Source: Blastocystis sp. Blastoise (Eukaryota; Protista; Bigyra: Opalinata). Taken from it: DNA of 64,000 bases. A program made the translations under genes and the position numbers. The notes beneath the pieces were generated by a model. The model was not told the DNA's origin and did not search any database. It saw only the letters and a list, made by a program, of their open reading frames with translations. The stretch lies in the NCBI GenBank assembly GCA_039096225.1, contig JBBPEB010000019.1, forward strand, positions 1-64,000, in the 5' to 3' direction. Shown one piece after another: positions 13,701 through 28,795 of this stretch. Position 1 is the stretch's first letter. The number at the start of each line of letters is the position of its first letter.

Positions 13701-15458
13701 CTCTATGTAAATAAAAATGTGTCTATTATACCTATTACAACAGGAATTATTAATTCATGGACTATTTCTCCTTCTTCTCTTCCTCCAGGAATAACTTTCT
13801 TTGAAGGTATTTTTTCTGGTATTCCTACAAATACAACTTCAGATGTATTTTATACAGTAACTGCTATTGGTAATAATACTTATTCATTTGTATTATGTCT
13901 TTCTGTAATACAAGTATATTGTCCTATAGATGGAGAATGGCCATTAACACCAAGAGCAACTAATGTTACTCTTCCTTGTATTCCAGATTATTATGTTGGA
14001 TATCGTCAACGATTTTGTTCTGATGATACTATTCCTATTTGGAGTCCTATCTCTACTTATTGTATTCTTAAAGCACCAGAAATATCTTATTCTATAAATA
14101 CACTCACTGTATATTTCCATGATCAAATTATACCTCTTGAAGCAACATGTATTGGTTTATGTTCACTATGGACTATAACTCCTTCTCTTCCTCAAGGATT
14201 ATTCTTTAATAAAACAAATGGATATATATCAGGTACACCTATTGCTTCTAATAAAGGACTTAATTATACTATTTCGGCTTCAAATATTAATGGATCTTCT
14301 AATTGTTCTGTATATATTCATGTTATTTATATTAGTTGTCCTCAAGATGGTATCTGGCCAGAAACAGGAAAAGGATTATATATGGTATATACTTGTAAAG
14401 AAGAAAATAAAGAAGGAACATTAATGAGACATTGTTTTAATACAATGCCTCCCACATGGAGTGCAGTTACAGGTGTTTGTACTTATAAAACACCTTCTTT
14501 TCATTATAATAATCAAATTAGTTTTCATTTCTATAAGAATGTTCCTATTATTCCATTAATACCTACTACAACGGGTTATATTACTTCATGGTCTATTTAT
14601 CCTCAACCTGCAGACTCTCTAGTATTTAATACATCAACAGGTATGCTATATGGTACTCCTATTCATGCTCTTCCATTAATTCTATTCGAAATCACAGCTT
14701 CTAATCCTCATAAATCAAATAAAACAACTATATCCATAATTATTGAAAATGTATTTTGTATTGCTGAAGATGATTGGATCCTTAATAATGTTAATGATAT
14801 TCAATATAGATTTTGTAGTAATACTAATTTAGAATATCAAGAACGTCATTGTTTATTTCAAAACAATGCAGGTATATGGTCACCAGTATATAATGAACGA
14901 TGTATAGCACATACTGAAACTACAATTCCTCTTCGTGATCATTATTATATTTATTATTCGTTATCCATATATAATATCAGTCAATCTCAACTAAAACCAA
15001 AAGATCTATATGCTCTTTATAAAGTTTTTTATATCCTATTCAACTATTATAATACACCTTCTACATTATTACATATAGAGAAAATGACAGATACGATTAA
15101 TGGTACAGGATTTACTATTGAATATCTTGTGAACTGTACCTCAAATGATTATTCTCATATTCTAAATACACTTTATAAGCTATCTCCTTCTCTTCTTCAA
15201 GAATCATTATCTTATTATTCCTCCTTCTTTAATTCAGTTTCTCTTTCTTTCTCTATACAATCTATCTCAGTTATAGCTTATCATTGGATACCTACACTTC
15301 TTGATATACTTCTTCTAATCTCTTCTATACTTTTTATAAGTATACTTCTTTATTTCTTCTATAGAATCTATCAACATTATACTCGTCAAAAGAGAAATGA
15401 TCTTCGAAAAGAACGAGGCATTATTATTTATAAACAAGAACGGACACCTTTATTGTAA
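7719..15458 (+). CDS. Giant type-I surface protein (~2450 aa): signal peptide, 3x[beta-sandwich + discoidin/F5-8C-like + He_PIG Ig], 5 Cys-rich HRM-like modules alternating with He_PIG, TM, ExxxLL tail
   Basis: ATG 7719 MLYKFFILAFFLCC; introns 7771-7809, 8027-8233, 8344-8472 join to the 2324-aa ORF. Motifs: GIVVYLNSKEIYR..LGIEIH, LPxGLxxxxxTGxIxGxP repeats, CxxDGxWPxT..C..R.C..W..C repeats, TM LLLISSILFISILLYFFY, C-terminus ERTPLL. Confidence 0.85.
9055..9200 (+). repeat. (TCATCT)n hexamer encoding a poly-Ser tract inside the surface protein
   Basis: Tandem TCATCT units read in frame as long Ser runs broken by HL/YL. Confidence 0.9.
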
Positions 15459-16037
15459 TTTATTTTATTTTATTTTTTTTTTTTTTTGCTTTATTTTTTT
15501 TTATGCTTTTTTTATTTTTCTTATTAAATTTTTTTTTATTATCTATATTTTTTTATTTTTTTTTTTTAAATTATTATATATTTATATTTTTTTATATATA
15601 TTTTTTATTTTTTTTTATATTTAGTAAATTCTTTTATCTATTTATCTCCTCAAATCTTTGTTAATCCTTTGTGTTTATATTTATATATATATTTATATAT
15701 ACTTTGTTTAATATCCTTTTTTTTCCTCAATAATTTTTATGTTCATTTTGTTTTCTCTCTCTACTTTTTGATTGAGATATTCTATATATAATTATATTCA
15801 TTTTATACTATTCTTATTCTATTTCAAATATTCATCACTGAATACTGTTTTATTCATATATATATTGATTACTTATATGTTTTTTATTTATTTATTATTT
15901 TCTTTTTATAATACATTTTATGTATTATTCATAATAATAAATATTACTTCCTTAGTACTATTTTTTTTTAATATAATATATACATTTTAATTCGTTTTTA
16001 ATGTATTTTATTTTACTTTTTCTCGTCTTTCCAGTAA

Positions 16038-16081
<44 letters not shown>

Positions 16082-16876
16082 TATTCATGACTTACTCTGT
16101 TGATATATACAAATATTTAGATATATATATATAGTTGTATTATCAAGTTAAATAAGATATAATAATAGTTCCAATCCTCTCTCTTCAGAATGGACTCTCC
16201 AACTATTCATTATATTTATATACTTCCTTTCCCTTGACACAATCTAAATAATTGGTTACAATATATTATATTCATTCATTGAATATCTCACATTCTCTAT
16301 TTTTTTTTTATTTTGTTTCCTTTTATTTGTATATATTTTCTTTTCTTTTTATTTTTTAATTTTTATATTTTTGCGATTATAATGAGTTTTCTTTTTTCCA
16401 TAATATTTATGATGATAACTCTTTATAACTTTTATTTTAATTAGCTGATTTATCTATTACATATCTATTTATTCTTTTTTTATATTATTTGTTTTTAACT
16501 ATATATCATTTAGTTTTTATTATATATATATCTATTTGATATGAAGTAACCATTTCATTTACTTTATTTTTTGTTCCTTTAATTATTAATTTTTAAATTC
16601 TATAATTTCAAAGTATTTTCTATAAATACATATATGATTAATTACTAGCTTTCAGAATGTTATTTTATTGCTTGTCTATTTATATTGTTTCGTTTGTGAT
16701 GCTTAGTAACGAATTAACGTAATTTGAATCATTATAAAACACATAACTCTTTTCAATAACCATTTCTATATATTTGTTAACGTGAAAAAACATATCTACT
16801 AAATCATATAGTATTATAGATTTCTAAAATCAATAGAATGTTATTAGCTAGTCATGTTTTGAAAAATAAATATAAA

Positions 16877-16949
16877 GCCCGTCTAGCTCAGTCGGTAGAG
16901 CGCCAGGCTCTTAACCTGGTGGTCGGGGGTTCGAGCCCCCCGGTGGGCG
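16877..16949 (+). tRNA. tRNA-Lys(CTT)
   Basis: GCCCGTC/GGTGGGC acceptor, TAGCTCAGTCGGTAGAGC D arm, CCAGG-CT-CTT-AA-CCTGG anticodon arm, GGTTCGAGCC T arm, T-run downstream. Confidence 0.97.
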
Positions 16950-17506
16950 CTTCTTTTTGTTATTCAATTTGTTTTGTTTTTTTTTGAATATATTACTAGA
17001 CTCTTATTTTATATATGTTAATACTTGAATGATAATAACCAATCATAAACTATTTTTTTAATAAGATATTATTCATATATATACTGATGATAACAAAAAA
17101 AAAATTAATAAAAACAATGTTTTACACATGCATTATTTCTTTTATTCGGTCTGAACTATCAAAAAAATATATTAAAAATCCTTTTTATGACTATCTTCCT
17201 CTCTGTATTGTTTTTATGTCATGAACACTATTTTTACGTAACCCATCGAAAAGCATAAAATATAAATTATCATTTAAATGTTATTTTTAACTAATCCTAT
17301 GTTCATTCTACTCTTCTATGCATATATTGAATAATTTTTATATGTTTTCGTTACTAATACAAGAAAACAAAAGCATAAAATAGATCTACCACAAAACAAT
17401 AATTTTCCCTTGGGAATAAAAATAAAAATTCAAATGAGAGGGCAGAATTTGCCAGGGTAAATAATAAATAATTTTTGTTTGTGTAACAGATTTGTTCAAA
17501 ACTGGT

Positions 17507-19623
17507 ATGGATTCAACTCCTACTGATTTCTACACTTGTGAATCTGATATAACGTCTTCTTCCTCTTCTCAGTTTGATTCAATTCTTTCAGATTCAGATA
17601 GTCTTTCAGATTTCGTGATCAATCGTCAAAGTTTAAATAACTTTGATTTAATGAAAAAGAATGGTATATTAATGAAACTTGTTTTTATGAAAAATTATGT
17701 ATAAAATAGATGAAAAGAAACGTTATTATAAAAACGTGCAAGTTACAAAAAATAAAGAATGTATCTATTGTTCTTTAATTGATTCAGATCATCCAATCAG
17801 TTATGTTAATGAATTTATTACTTTAAATCAAGCAGGCAAAGGTCACTATTCAACAGTATGTAAAATGAACACTTTTTTTCTATCCCATTGTTCTCTATAT
17901 GTTCTTATTTATTAGGTGTATGTGGTAGAATCAAAACTAGATCATAATCTTTATGCAATTAAAAATTGTGATACATTTCCCAACTATATTATTAGGTAGT
18001 TTTTCAATATTATGCAAAATTTATTTATTTTTTTATTTTTTTAATAGAAATTACCTCATATCTGAAGTTGAAACCATTGAAGATATTGGACCTAATCAGC
18101 ATATTGTTACATTATATAGAGCTTGGGAAGAAGAACAGAGTATTTTTTTTTATTATTTTTATATAAATTATTTTATGTATAGATAATTTATATCTTCAAT
18201 TTGAGTATTGTTCTAGAGGAACACTTCGCGTAAATAATATATTTATTTATTTATTTTTGTTTAAATTTTTTTGAATGTTTCATCTATTATTATAATTATT
18301 ATTATCATATTAATCGTTATTTATATTTAATATTAATATAACTAAAAATAGGATTTGATTAATATAATGAAACCACAGAATTTGATTCCAGAACGTTCAA
18401 TATGGATCTTTTTATCTCATATTTTGCATGTATATACTCTTTCAACTACAATGAATAATATATATATATATTATAATTATCATGTTATTCTTATAATTCT
18501 ATTTTCAACATATACTATAAAGGCATTACGTCAGGTACATCAAAAAGGGTACGTTCATCGTGACATAAAGCCAGAAAATATATATATTGATGAACAAGGA
18601 AATTATAAACTTGGAGATTATGGATTATGTACAAAAGTGAATATCCCGCGGGAGGAAGGGGATCGCCGTTATATGCCTTGGGAATCACTTAATGAAAATG
18701 CTCAGTATTATCATGATATATATAGGTATCTTTATTTATATATATATAATAATTTATTATTATTTTTTTTTAATTTTTCTTCTAATAATAATATTATGAT
18801 GTTATAGTTTGGGTGTGATATTATATGAATTAATGAGTTATGCTAATATATATGGAGAAGGAGAACAATGGACATTATTAAGGCAGGGATATGTATATAT
18901 ATATATATATATTGTTTTTAATACTTTTATATAGTTGATAGATCTTCCAAGTATATATAGTAAAACATTAGTGAATCTAATGAAAAAGGTAATTCTATAT
19001 TTTATTATTTATTATTATTATTTATTATTATTATTTATTATTATTATGTTTATTATGTTTATTATGTTTATTATGTTTATTATGTTTATTATTATTATAT
19101 AATTATATATAGATGATAGCAACAGACCCAAAACAGAGACCTTCTGTCGAATCCATTTATTCTTATTACAAACGAATCAAAAAATATCAAAAAATGAAAG
19201 ATACCTTCGTTATCTCTGTAAGACTTTTTTATTGATTCTTTATTGATTTAATTATTTATATATATTCCTTGATTCATTAGTTATTTAACAATAGTATTCA
19301 TTCTATTCCTTGTATCTCTCTTAGATTCTCCCTATAAAAACATTCAATAATCGAAAAGCCGATGATCCTGACCCTCTTTATGTATATATTTATTTATTAT
19401 TGTATATAGTATTTATTTATTATTTATTTATTATTTATTATTTCATATATTTTAAATAATATTTATTTATTATTTATTATTTCATATATTTTAAATAATA
19501 TTTATTTATTATTTTTAAAAAATTCTATAAATAAAAAAAAATCATTATATATATATATATATAAAGACACCTCGAAGTACATGTGTGACACCAGTGTATC
19601 GATCAAAAAGACGTGAATTCTAA
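17507..19623 (+). CDS. Wee1/Myt1-like protein kinase, multi-exon
   Basis: GKGHYSTV, YAIK, HIVTLYRAWEE, LYLQFEYCSRG, HRDIKPENI, KLGDYG, EEGDRRYM (Wee1-family activation segment), DIYSLG, WTLLRQG; 3' exons less certain. Confidence 0.82.
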
Positions 19624-20282
19624 AAGTATTCTATCTGCATATCACTTTGATCTTCTGTATAGCATATGAACCTATTCTCTTTATAACAACTTTTCTCTTT
19701 TTCTTTTATTTTATTTTCCATTTTTCATCAAACTGTTGTCTCCTTATATCTACTCTAGAACACGTTTGCGCATTATTCAATATATATCATTCTTTTTCTA
19801 ATGATAATATAAATCATATAGAAATCATATATACACATTTTTCTAGTTTCCTTTTTTTTTTTGTTCTCTTCTTTTTCTGCACTACTTTTTCTTTTTTCAT
19901 TTATCCATATAGAAATGATTCTCTCTCATTAGTTTATTCATTATTCATATATATTGTTCAACACATGACACATTTATATTCTCACCAAGATAATTCTATT
20001 GTTTTGCTATAAGTAGATTTCATTATATATTTATATATATAACATTCCAACTAATTTTTTTTTCAATAATTAGTAAAACAAAAAGAATAACCAAAACTTT
20101 TATCTTCATCATAAACAAAACAAAAAAAATCTCTGAAAAAAAGAAATAATCATGATTTTATAATCAGCATTTTTTGGTTTTCCTTTAGTTTCATACTTTT
20201 TGATTTCCTATTCAATTAGTATTATCTAAGATCGATATCTTATCTAATCTATCTTAAATAGAGTGAATCTTTAATTATAAAT

Positions 20283-21364
20283 ATGGAAGGTGATATTGAA
20301 ACAACTACTTCTTCAAGTACATTGATGACATTAGATGAACCTGTCTCTGTTACTATCGTATTTAATTTCTTTATTATTAACTTTTTTTTCTGCTCATGTC
20401 ATCATATCTTTTATTATAAAGTATTCTTTTTATTATATCCTATTTATATAGAAAAGAGACTTGAATTCTATTTGGGATAAATTAAAACATGTTATTATGC
20501 CTAAAACAAGTGCTGAAGATACACTTAAAAGTCTTAAAGATTGTATTTTATTTTGTTATTTTCAAATTTTTATTTTCTAATATATTTATTTATTTATTTA
20601 TTATTATTATTATTATAGGGGATTTATGGGGACCTATGTTTTTATGTTTAGCTCTTGCAATGTATGACTTTTTTTTTTTGTTTTTAAATATATATTTTAT
20701 TTATAGTATATTATCATTAAATGCCAAGTTTGGACAAGTTTCTCTTATTTTTACATTTGTATTTATTCTTGTTTGGGCAGGTGCTGTTGTTGTTACTATT
20801 AATGGACAATTATTAGGTGCTAAAGTGTATATATTCTTGCTATTTTATGAATATTTCTTTTTTTATTATTATTATTATTATTAAAAATATTATTTCCTTA
20901 TCAATCTATATATATATATATTTCTTTCTTCCAATCAGTTTGTGTTCTTGGTTATTGTCTGTTTCCTCTTGTTATAGTAGCTCTTCTCTGTACATTCTTC
21001 AGAAGCTTCCATCTTCTTAAATTCATATTTGTTGTTGCTGGTTACTTTTGGGCTAACAAAGGTATATATTTAGAGTTGTTTTAATTCATATATATTTATT
21101 ATATTTATTATATTTATTATATTTATTATATTTATTATATTTATTATATTTTTTATATTTATTATATTTATTATATTTATTATATTTATTATTATATTTT
21201 ATTATTATTATTCTTTTTTTATAAAAACTGAATAATATCTATATATATCTATAGCGTCTTCTCTCTTTATTTCTCAAATGATTAATGCTGAAAGAAAAGT
21301 ATTAGCAGTTTATCCTGTCTATCTTTTTTATCTTGCTATTTCACTTATTATATTCTTAAATTAA
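20283..21364 (+). CDS. YIPF6: Yip1-domain Golgi protein (YIPF6-like), multi-exon
   Basis: TLDEPVSVTI-KRDL, DWDLWGP, VWAGAVVVTINGQLLG, SFFQSVCVLGYCLFP, RKVLAVYPVYLFY. Confidence 0.88.
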
Positions 21365-21748
21365 GATTATAATATATATTCACTTCTGTATTCATCCAAG
21401 TTTTTATATTCGTTCTATTTCATTATTATTCTTTGAATTTCTATGTTCTAATCAATCAGACATTTATTATATATTATATTAGCAGTGTTCATAACTTTAA
21501 AATTTTTATATGTATTATAATATGTAAATATATATATATCATCAAAAAAATACATACAACAACCTTCAATTATTTACTAATTTTAATTAATTATACATCC
21601 TCAAATTGTTGAAAACTACTGTACGGATTCTCTTTTTTTATTTTTACTCCGTTTTTCATGATTAAATCACAATTTTATAAACAATAGCTAATCTTTTTCA
21701 GAACTATTCTATGTACATTTTTTTTCACATTTTTGAATCTTTTTTAAT

Positions 21749-23144
21749 ATGCAGATTATTTCTTCATTTTTGATTTTGATCTACATTGTTATATGTGGAA
21801 TTACCCTATGTCAGATCATTAAGTATTTTCATAAAACTTATAGATTATCTCTTGATAGAAATAAAAATGTAATCCAAGCCAATTCTGTCTTGTTGTCTAT
21901 ATATATTTCTATATGTGTTTTTTGTCTGTGTATATATAGCATATATAGTATCATTGCTCTATCTGTTTAGTAACTATTTTTTATTTATTCAGGTCGATCA
22001 GCCATTTTCATAATTTCTGAACTAGTCTCTGTATATTCAGATTTCCTTGGATTCTTCTTCTTCTCTCAATATGATTCCTGGTGGCAATATGCTCTCGAAA
22101 TCATCCCTAATGTCCTTTTTCTAATGATTCAATTATCATCTATGGTTCTTATGTATTTTTTTTTGTTTAATATATATGTTTAGTATTATGATTTTTTAAA
22201 TATTTATGATATTTATTGTTATATTTATTATATTTTTAATTAATTATATGTTATTACATATTAATATTGTCAACATGATTATAATTACTATTTTCTACAT
22301 TATAATATCACGGATTCTCACCTATAATAATCATTAGATTTGATTGGTTTCAAGATGATTATCCATTTACTACTCTTAACAAACGATTTACTATTAAAAC
22401 TAATAGTATAGTTATTAGTGTATATATATATATACTATAATTATTCTACTTATACTCACTTCTAGTTATATACATTGATTCTTTTGATAATTACTTTAAT
22501 TACAACTCCATATGAACTAATAGATCCACGTATTTCTCTTTAGTATTCTTCATTCTTATACAATCTCCTTTATTATAATTATATATTACTCTAGTCTTCT
22601 ATACTTCTCTTGCTACAAACTCATATATGATTCTATTAATGCTAATCTCTACTCTATATATATGTACATTATATTTATTCTTCTCCAATATAGAGTATAT
22701 ATAATTATTTAATTTCTTTTTATTATACTATTCTTATGTAAATAGCATATTCATTTTTTTCACAATTTATAAATAATTTATAAATATATTTATTATTGAA
22801 ATATGAATTCTATAGTTCCTATACTTATAATGACGTTTTTGTTGAACATAATCATAAATATATTCAATCAATTTGTTTTATTGTCTATTGTATATTTCTA
22901 AATATATTTAAATCGATCTTCCTTCATTATGGACTTCAAAGTAATACTTATATAACAACAAATGATGTATCTTATTATTTATATAGTTTATTATATTGTT
23001 ATATTATATATATTCCTATACATTCTATTCAATTTTATTCATTCATTTATATAGGCAATTTCACTGTTTTTCTTTATTTACTATATTATTTGTGAGATTC
23101 CCTTAATTGTCGCTGTTATGTCTCATTTTAAAACAGTTTCTTAG
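21749..23144 (+). CDS. Multi-pass membrane protein, possibly THH1/TOM1/GPR137-like, multi-exon
   Basis: Several hydrophobic exons with GT-AG junctions (CLC|RSAIF, LEIIPNVLFL, YYLCEIPLIVAVM-...-TAG 23142-23144); family assignment rests on weak motif resemblance. Confidence 0.5.
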
Positions 23145-23655
23145 AAAATATGTTTTTTTTCAATAAAACATTTATTTATTATTATTTAACTATTTCTAAC
23201 TACCAAGAAATCATATACATATTTAACCCAACATGTTTTGTTTGTAACTCACTAACTATATATATAATTTATAAAAGAAACCATGAATCTAAATAAGATA
23301 TAGTAGAACTAACCTTTAGTTCATTTTTACAATTTACTAATAATCATCATATATATTTTATACCAATTACCTTGATCATCAACTTTCATCTTATATAGTA
23401 ACTAGTTTATTAACTAGAACAAATTAAGTATGATTTTTATGTAAACTACTCACATAATTTTTAGAATCAATGAATATGAATTGATAGAATAGTATATCAA
23501 TAACTGAATGAATTCAAAAAAATGAATAAAAAAGAAAAAGTCACTTTAAAAAACAAAAATTTACGGGAATATCAAATCATTTCTTCTTTTTCTATAAAAG
23601 TTTTCGAGCAAATTCTAAAGTTCTTTATCTTTATAATTACTTATTATTGAATAAA

Positions 23656-24946
23656 ATGGAAAAGTCGATTCCCGATTTTGAACAAGATTGTATGTTTCTA
23701 ACTAACAAGAAGTATAACAATATATTTAGTTTACCCAGAAGGATTTGATTTTGAATTACATGCTAGGTATGTTATTGATATTTATTTTTCTTAATGTCCT
23801 TCATTTTCTTATTATATTCCTTTAGAAATCAATTATTAGAAAAGAAATTTGCACATCTTCCTACTTTACGTAAGACTGGTACAACTATTGTTGGTTTGAT
23901 ATATAAAGATGGTATTATGTTAGCTGCTGATACTCGTGCTACTTCTGGTACTACTGTTTGTGATAAGAAATGTATTAAAATCAACTATATAGCTCCAAAT
24001 ATTTATTGTTGTGGTTCTGGTGGTTTAGCTGATTGTGTTAATGTTTGTTTATTATGTAGTTCTCAACTTGAATTATTAAGAAGACAGACAAATAAACAAT
24101 CTCGTGTTGTCGCTGCAAAGACTATTCTTACTCAACGTCTTTTCCAATATCATGGATATTTACAAGCTGGTTTAATTCTTGGTGGTGTTGATTCCATGGG
24201 AACTCATTTATATAATATTTGGCCTGATGGATGGTATGCTTTGTTTTTTTATTTGTTTTATTTTTTTTTTTTTTTTTTTTTTATTTATTTTTTATTTATT
24301 TATTTATTTTTTTTATTTTTATTTATTTATTTTTTATTTATTTATTATTATTATTAATTTATATATCTATATATATAATATAGTTGTGATGAACGTAATT
24401 TCTTGACTAGTGGTAGTGGTTGCTTAGCTGCTTCATCTGTTCTTGAAACAAATTATAGAGAAGGATTAAATGTAACTATTTATTTAATTATATAATTATA
24501 TATTTTTTTTATTATATAATTATATATTTATTAATCATATATAATTATATTTTTTTTTTATTATATAATTATATATTTATTTAATCCTATATATAATTAT
24601 AACATATATATAAATTATTCTACATAGGAAGATGAAGCTAAAGAGTTAATAGCTGATGCAATTACTGCTGGTATTTTCAATGATTTAGGTTCAGGTGGTA
24701 ATGTAAATATACGTGTAATTCGTAAAGATGGAACTACAGATTATTATGAGAGTTATAGACATGAAAATGATATTTCTCAAGTTTATAATCAATATCAAAG
24801 ACCTAATGTCCTTAACCTTCCTCCTGGTGTTACAAGTATATTTTAACTTATTTTTAATTTAATTTACCTACATATATATATATATCTACTATTTACCCTA
24901 TATAGCTGTCATTTCAGAAACTATTACAAATCTTAATGAAAACTAA
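23656..24946 (+). CDS. PSMB7: 20S proteasome subunit beta2 (PSMB7/PUP1-like), divergent S1 pocket
   Basis: Propeptide [25 protein letters not shown]33, [34 protein letters not shown]; five canonical introns. Confidence 0.92.
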
Positions 24947-25121
24947 AAATCTATTTGATTTATAATTACTCAATAATTTATTTATTTATTTCATATAATT
25001 ATTATTTATGTACTATTTTTTAATTATTATTTGGATTTGTTTCTCCTTTATTTTTTTAAACAATGAATATTTTCCCATAAAAACCAAACATAATTTTTAA
25101 AAAAGAGTCTTAACAACAAGT

Positions 25122-26531
<1,410 letters not shown>

Positions 26532-27092
26532 ATTTATCAAAAAACGAAATAAGAATGAACTATCAAAAGAATAATAATCTATTCCAAGTCTTACATGAAT
26601 TTTATTCTTGAAAGTTCTTGATTCCTTCATGAGTATGATGTCGCTATCGTTTCTTGGATGAATTCATCTTTTTATAGCATAATAATAAGGATCCAACCGA
26701 CAAAAAGGGAAAAATAATTGTGATTATCTAGATAATTCAGGGAATAATGAGGGAAAGAACAGTGTTATTGGAAAAACTAAAATAACCATGATTCTAGCCC
26801 AACTTTTAAAAAAAAAGGAATAATAAAAAAAACGTATTATAAATATATTCGGCAAAAATCTATTCAGTATTGAAACAAATTGAATATCTATATTAGTTAA
26901 AAAGACATTATCTTTTAATCATTTAAAGTCTTAATTATAAAAGATATTTATATATGTATGTTGGTTCATCTATAGAGAATAGGATCTATTTATTTTCATT
27001 TCTTTTTGTTTCATTCATCGACATTTTTTCTTTTTTTTTCATCAATATTTTTTATATCTAACTCTTATATTTTATATAACGACATATATATT

Positions 27093-28708
27093 ATGGCTAC
27101 TCAACAATCTGTTTTAGTTTGCGATAAGGTACATTCCTTTTTTTTTATTATTTACTCTTTGTATTACTATTCATTTATATATGTTTTATAATTCTTTAGC
27201 CTGATCATCAAATTGGTGTTCAGTCTTGTTCTCCTATTGCATGGTCATATGATGGACAATATCTTGCTTATGTTTCAGGAACATTCTCAATTCTTGTTTA
27301 CAAAGCTGATGAAACCAAGAATTATATTCCTTTTGCTTCTCTTATTGGTCATGCACAAATTGTCAAAGCTTTACTTTTCCATCCTACATTACCTTATCTT
27401 ATTTCATGTGGTAATGAAGGATTCTTTATTTGGAATTACATTGAATCTAAATTAGTTAGTGTTATTGAGTATATTTTGTTTGTTTATTATAATTTTTATA
27501 TTTATTATAATTTTTTAATATATTTATGATACTTTTTTTAATATATTTATTAATATATATTATAATCATGATTATGATTCTTATTGTATAGTGAGAATAC
27601 AAATGAGGATGCTCATGAAGGAAGTGTCGAGTGTTTATGTTGGGGCTATGATGGCTCTGTTCTATTTACTGGATCTAAAGACTCTACCATCAAAATATGG
27701 AAAATAGATGAAAATTTCAAGTATATGGAAACCATTCAAGGTCATCGTTCTGTCCTATTAGCTCTTTCATTTAATGCTGTATATATTATTATGTATTATT
27801 ATTATTATGTTTATTTTGTTATTATTATGCTTATTATTATTATGTTGTATATATTATTATGTTTATTATTATTATTATGTTTATTATTATTATATAGGCT
27901 ACTAATATTCTTGTGAGTGCTGGTCGTGATAGTAGTATTAATATATGGGATACTATATCTTTATCTCCTAAGGAAATATCTAAGAGAGAAGATGATAAAG
28001 GTACAAATTGTGCTTTAATAACATCAATGGATGGTCATTTAGGAGATGTCAGTTCACTCTGTATCAACACAAATGGAACACTTCTCTTCTCTGGAGCACG
28101 TGATAACAGTATTCGTGCATGGGATCTCAAAACAAAAACATTTATCCGTGAAATAAAAGATAGAAATCAATTCCAAAAAGGTTGTCATCAAGGAGATGTT
28201 CGTAATATATATTTAATTAATAATGATCAATTCTTATTAAGTTTTGGTAATGATGGAGAGATGAAACTCTTTCAATTAGGTGATTTATCAAATACAAATA
28301 GTGATAGAGTCGGAGATATGATGGTTAGTATTGATGCTTTACTTAAGGGTTTTATTGAAAGTGATGAAGCCAAAGAAGTTATTAATGACCAACTTCTTTC
28401 TTCTTACACTATTTTCAAGAATCGTGGTGTCTTCCGTGCCGTTATGAATCCCTCTTTACCTTTCTTTTGTGTTTCTTCTGATTCTAATATTATTAAAATC
28501 TTTGATGTATCTTCTAGTATTACCCAACCTATTCTTAAACAAGAATATATTGGTCATAATGATGCTGTTACGGATATAGCTATCATGGATGATAAACATA
28601 TTGTTTCCGTTAGTAAAGATTATTCTATTAATATTTATAATGTTAACAATAACTCACGTGAATTCAATTTTGATTTCTCTTCTACTGTTCTGAATATTGC
28701 TTGTGTAT

Positions 28709-28747
<39 letters not shown>

Positions 28748-28764
28748 TTTTATTTTATTTTATT

Positions 28765-28795
<31 letters not shown>

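Noticed and set aside
18726-18807. Second U12 (GT-AG subtype) intron in the kinase, donor GTATCTTT
   Set aside because: The donor fits but there is no clear CCTTAA branch site near the acceptor; indistinguishable from U2-type by eye.
26532-26630. In-frame N-terminal extension of TPI as a targeting peptide, or a TPI-GAPDH fusion
   Set aside because: The extension has acidic residues and UTR-like composition; the conserved start is MPRN at 26531; the gene stops at 25122 with no GAPDH.
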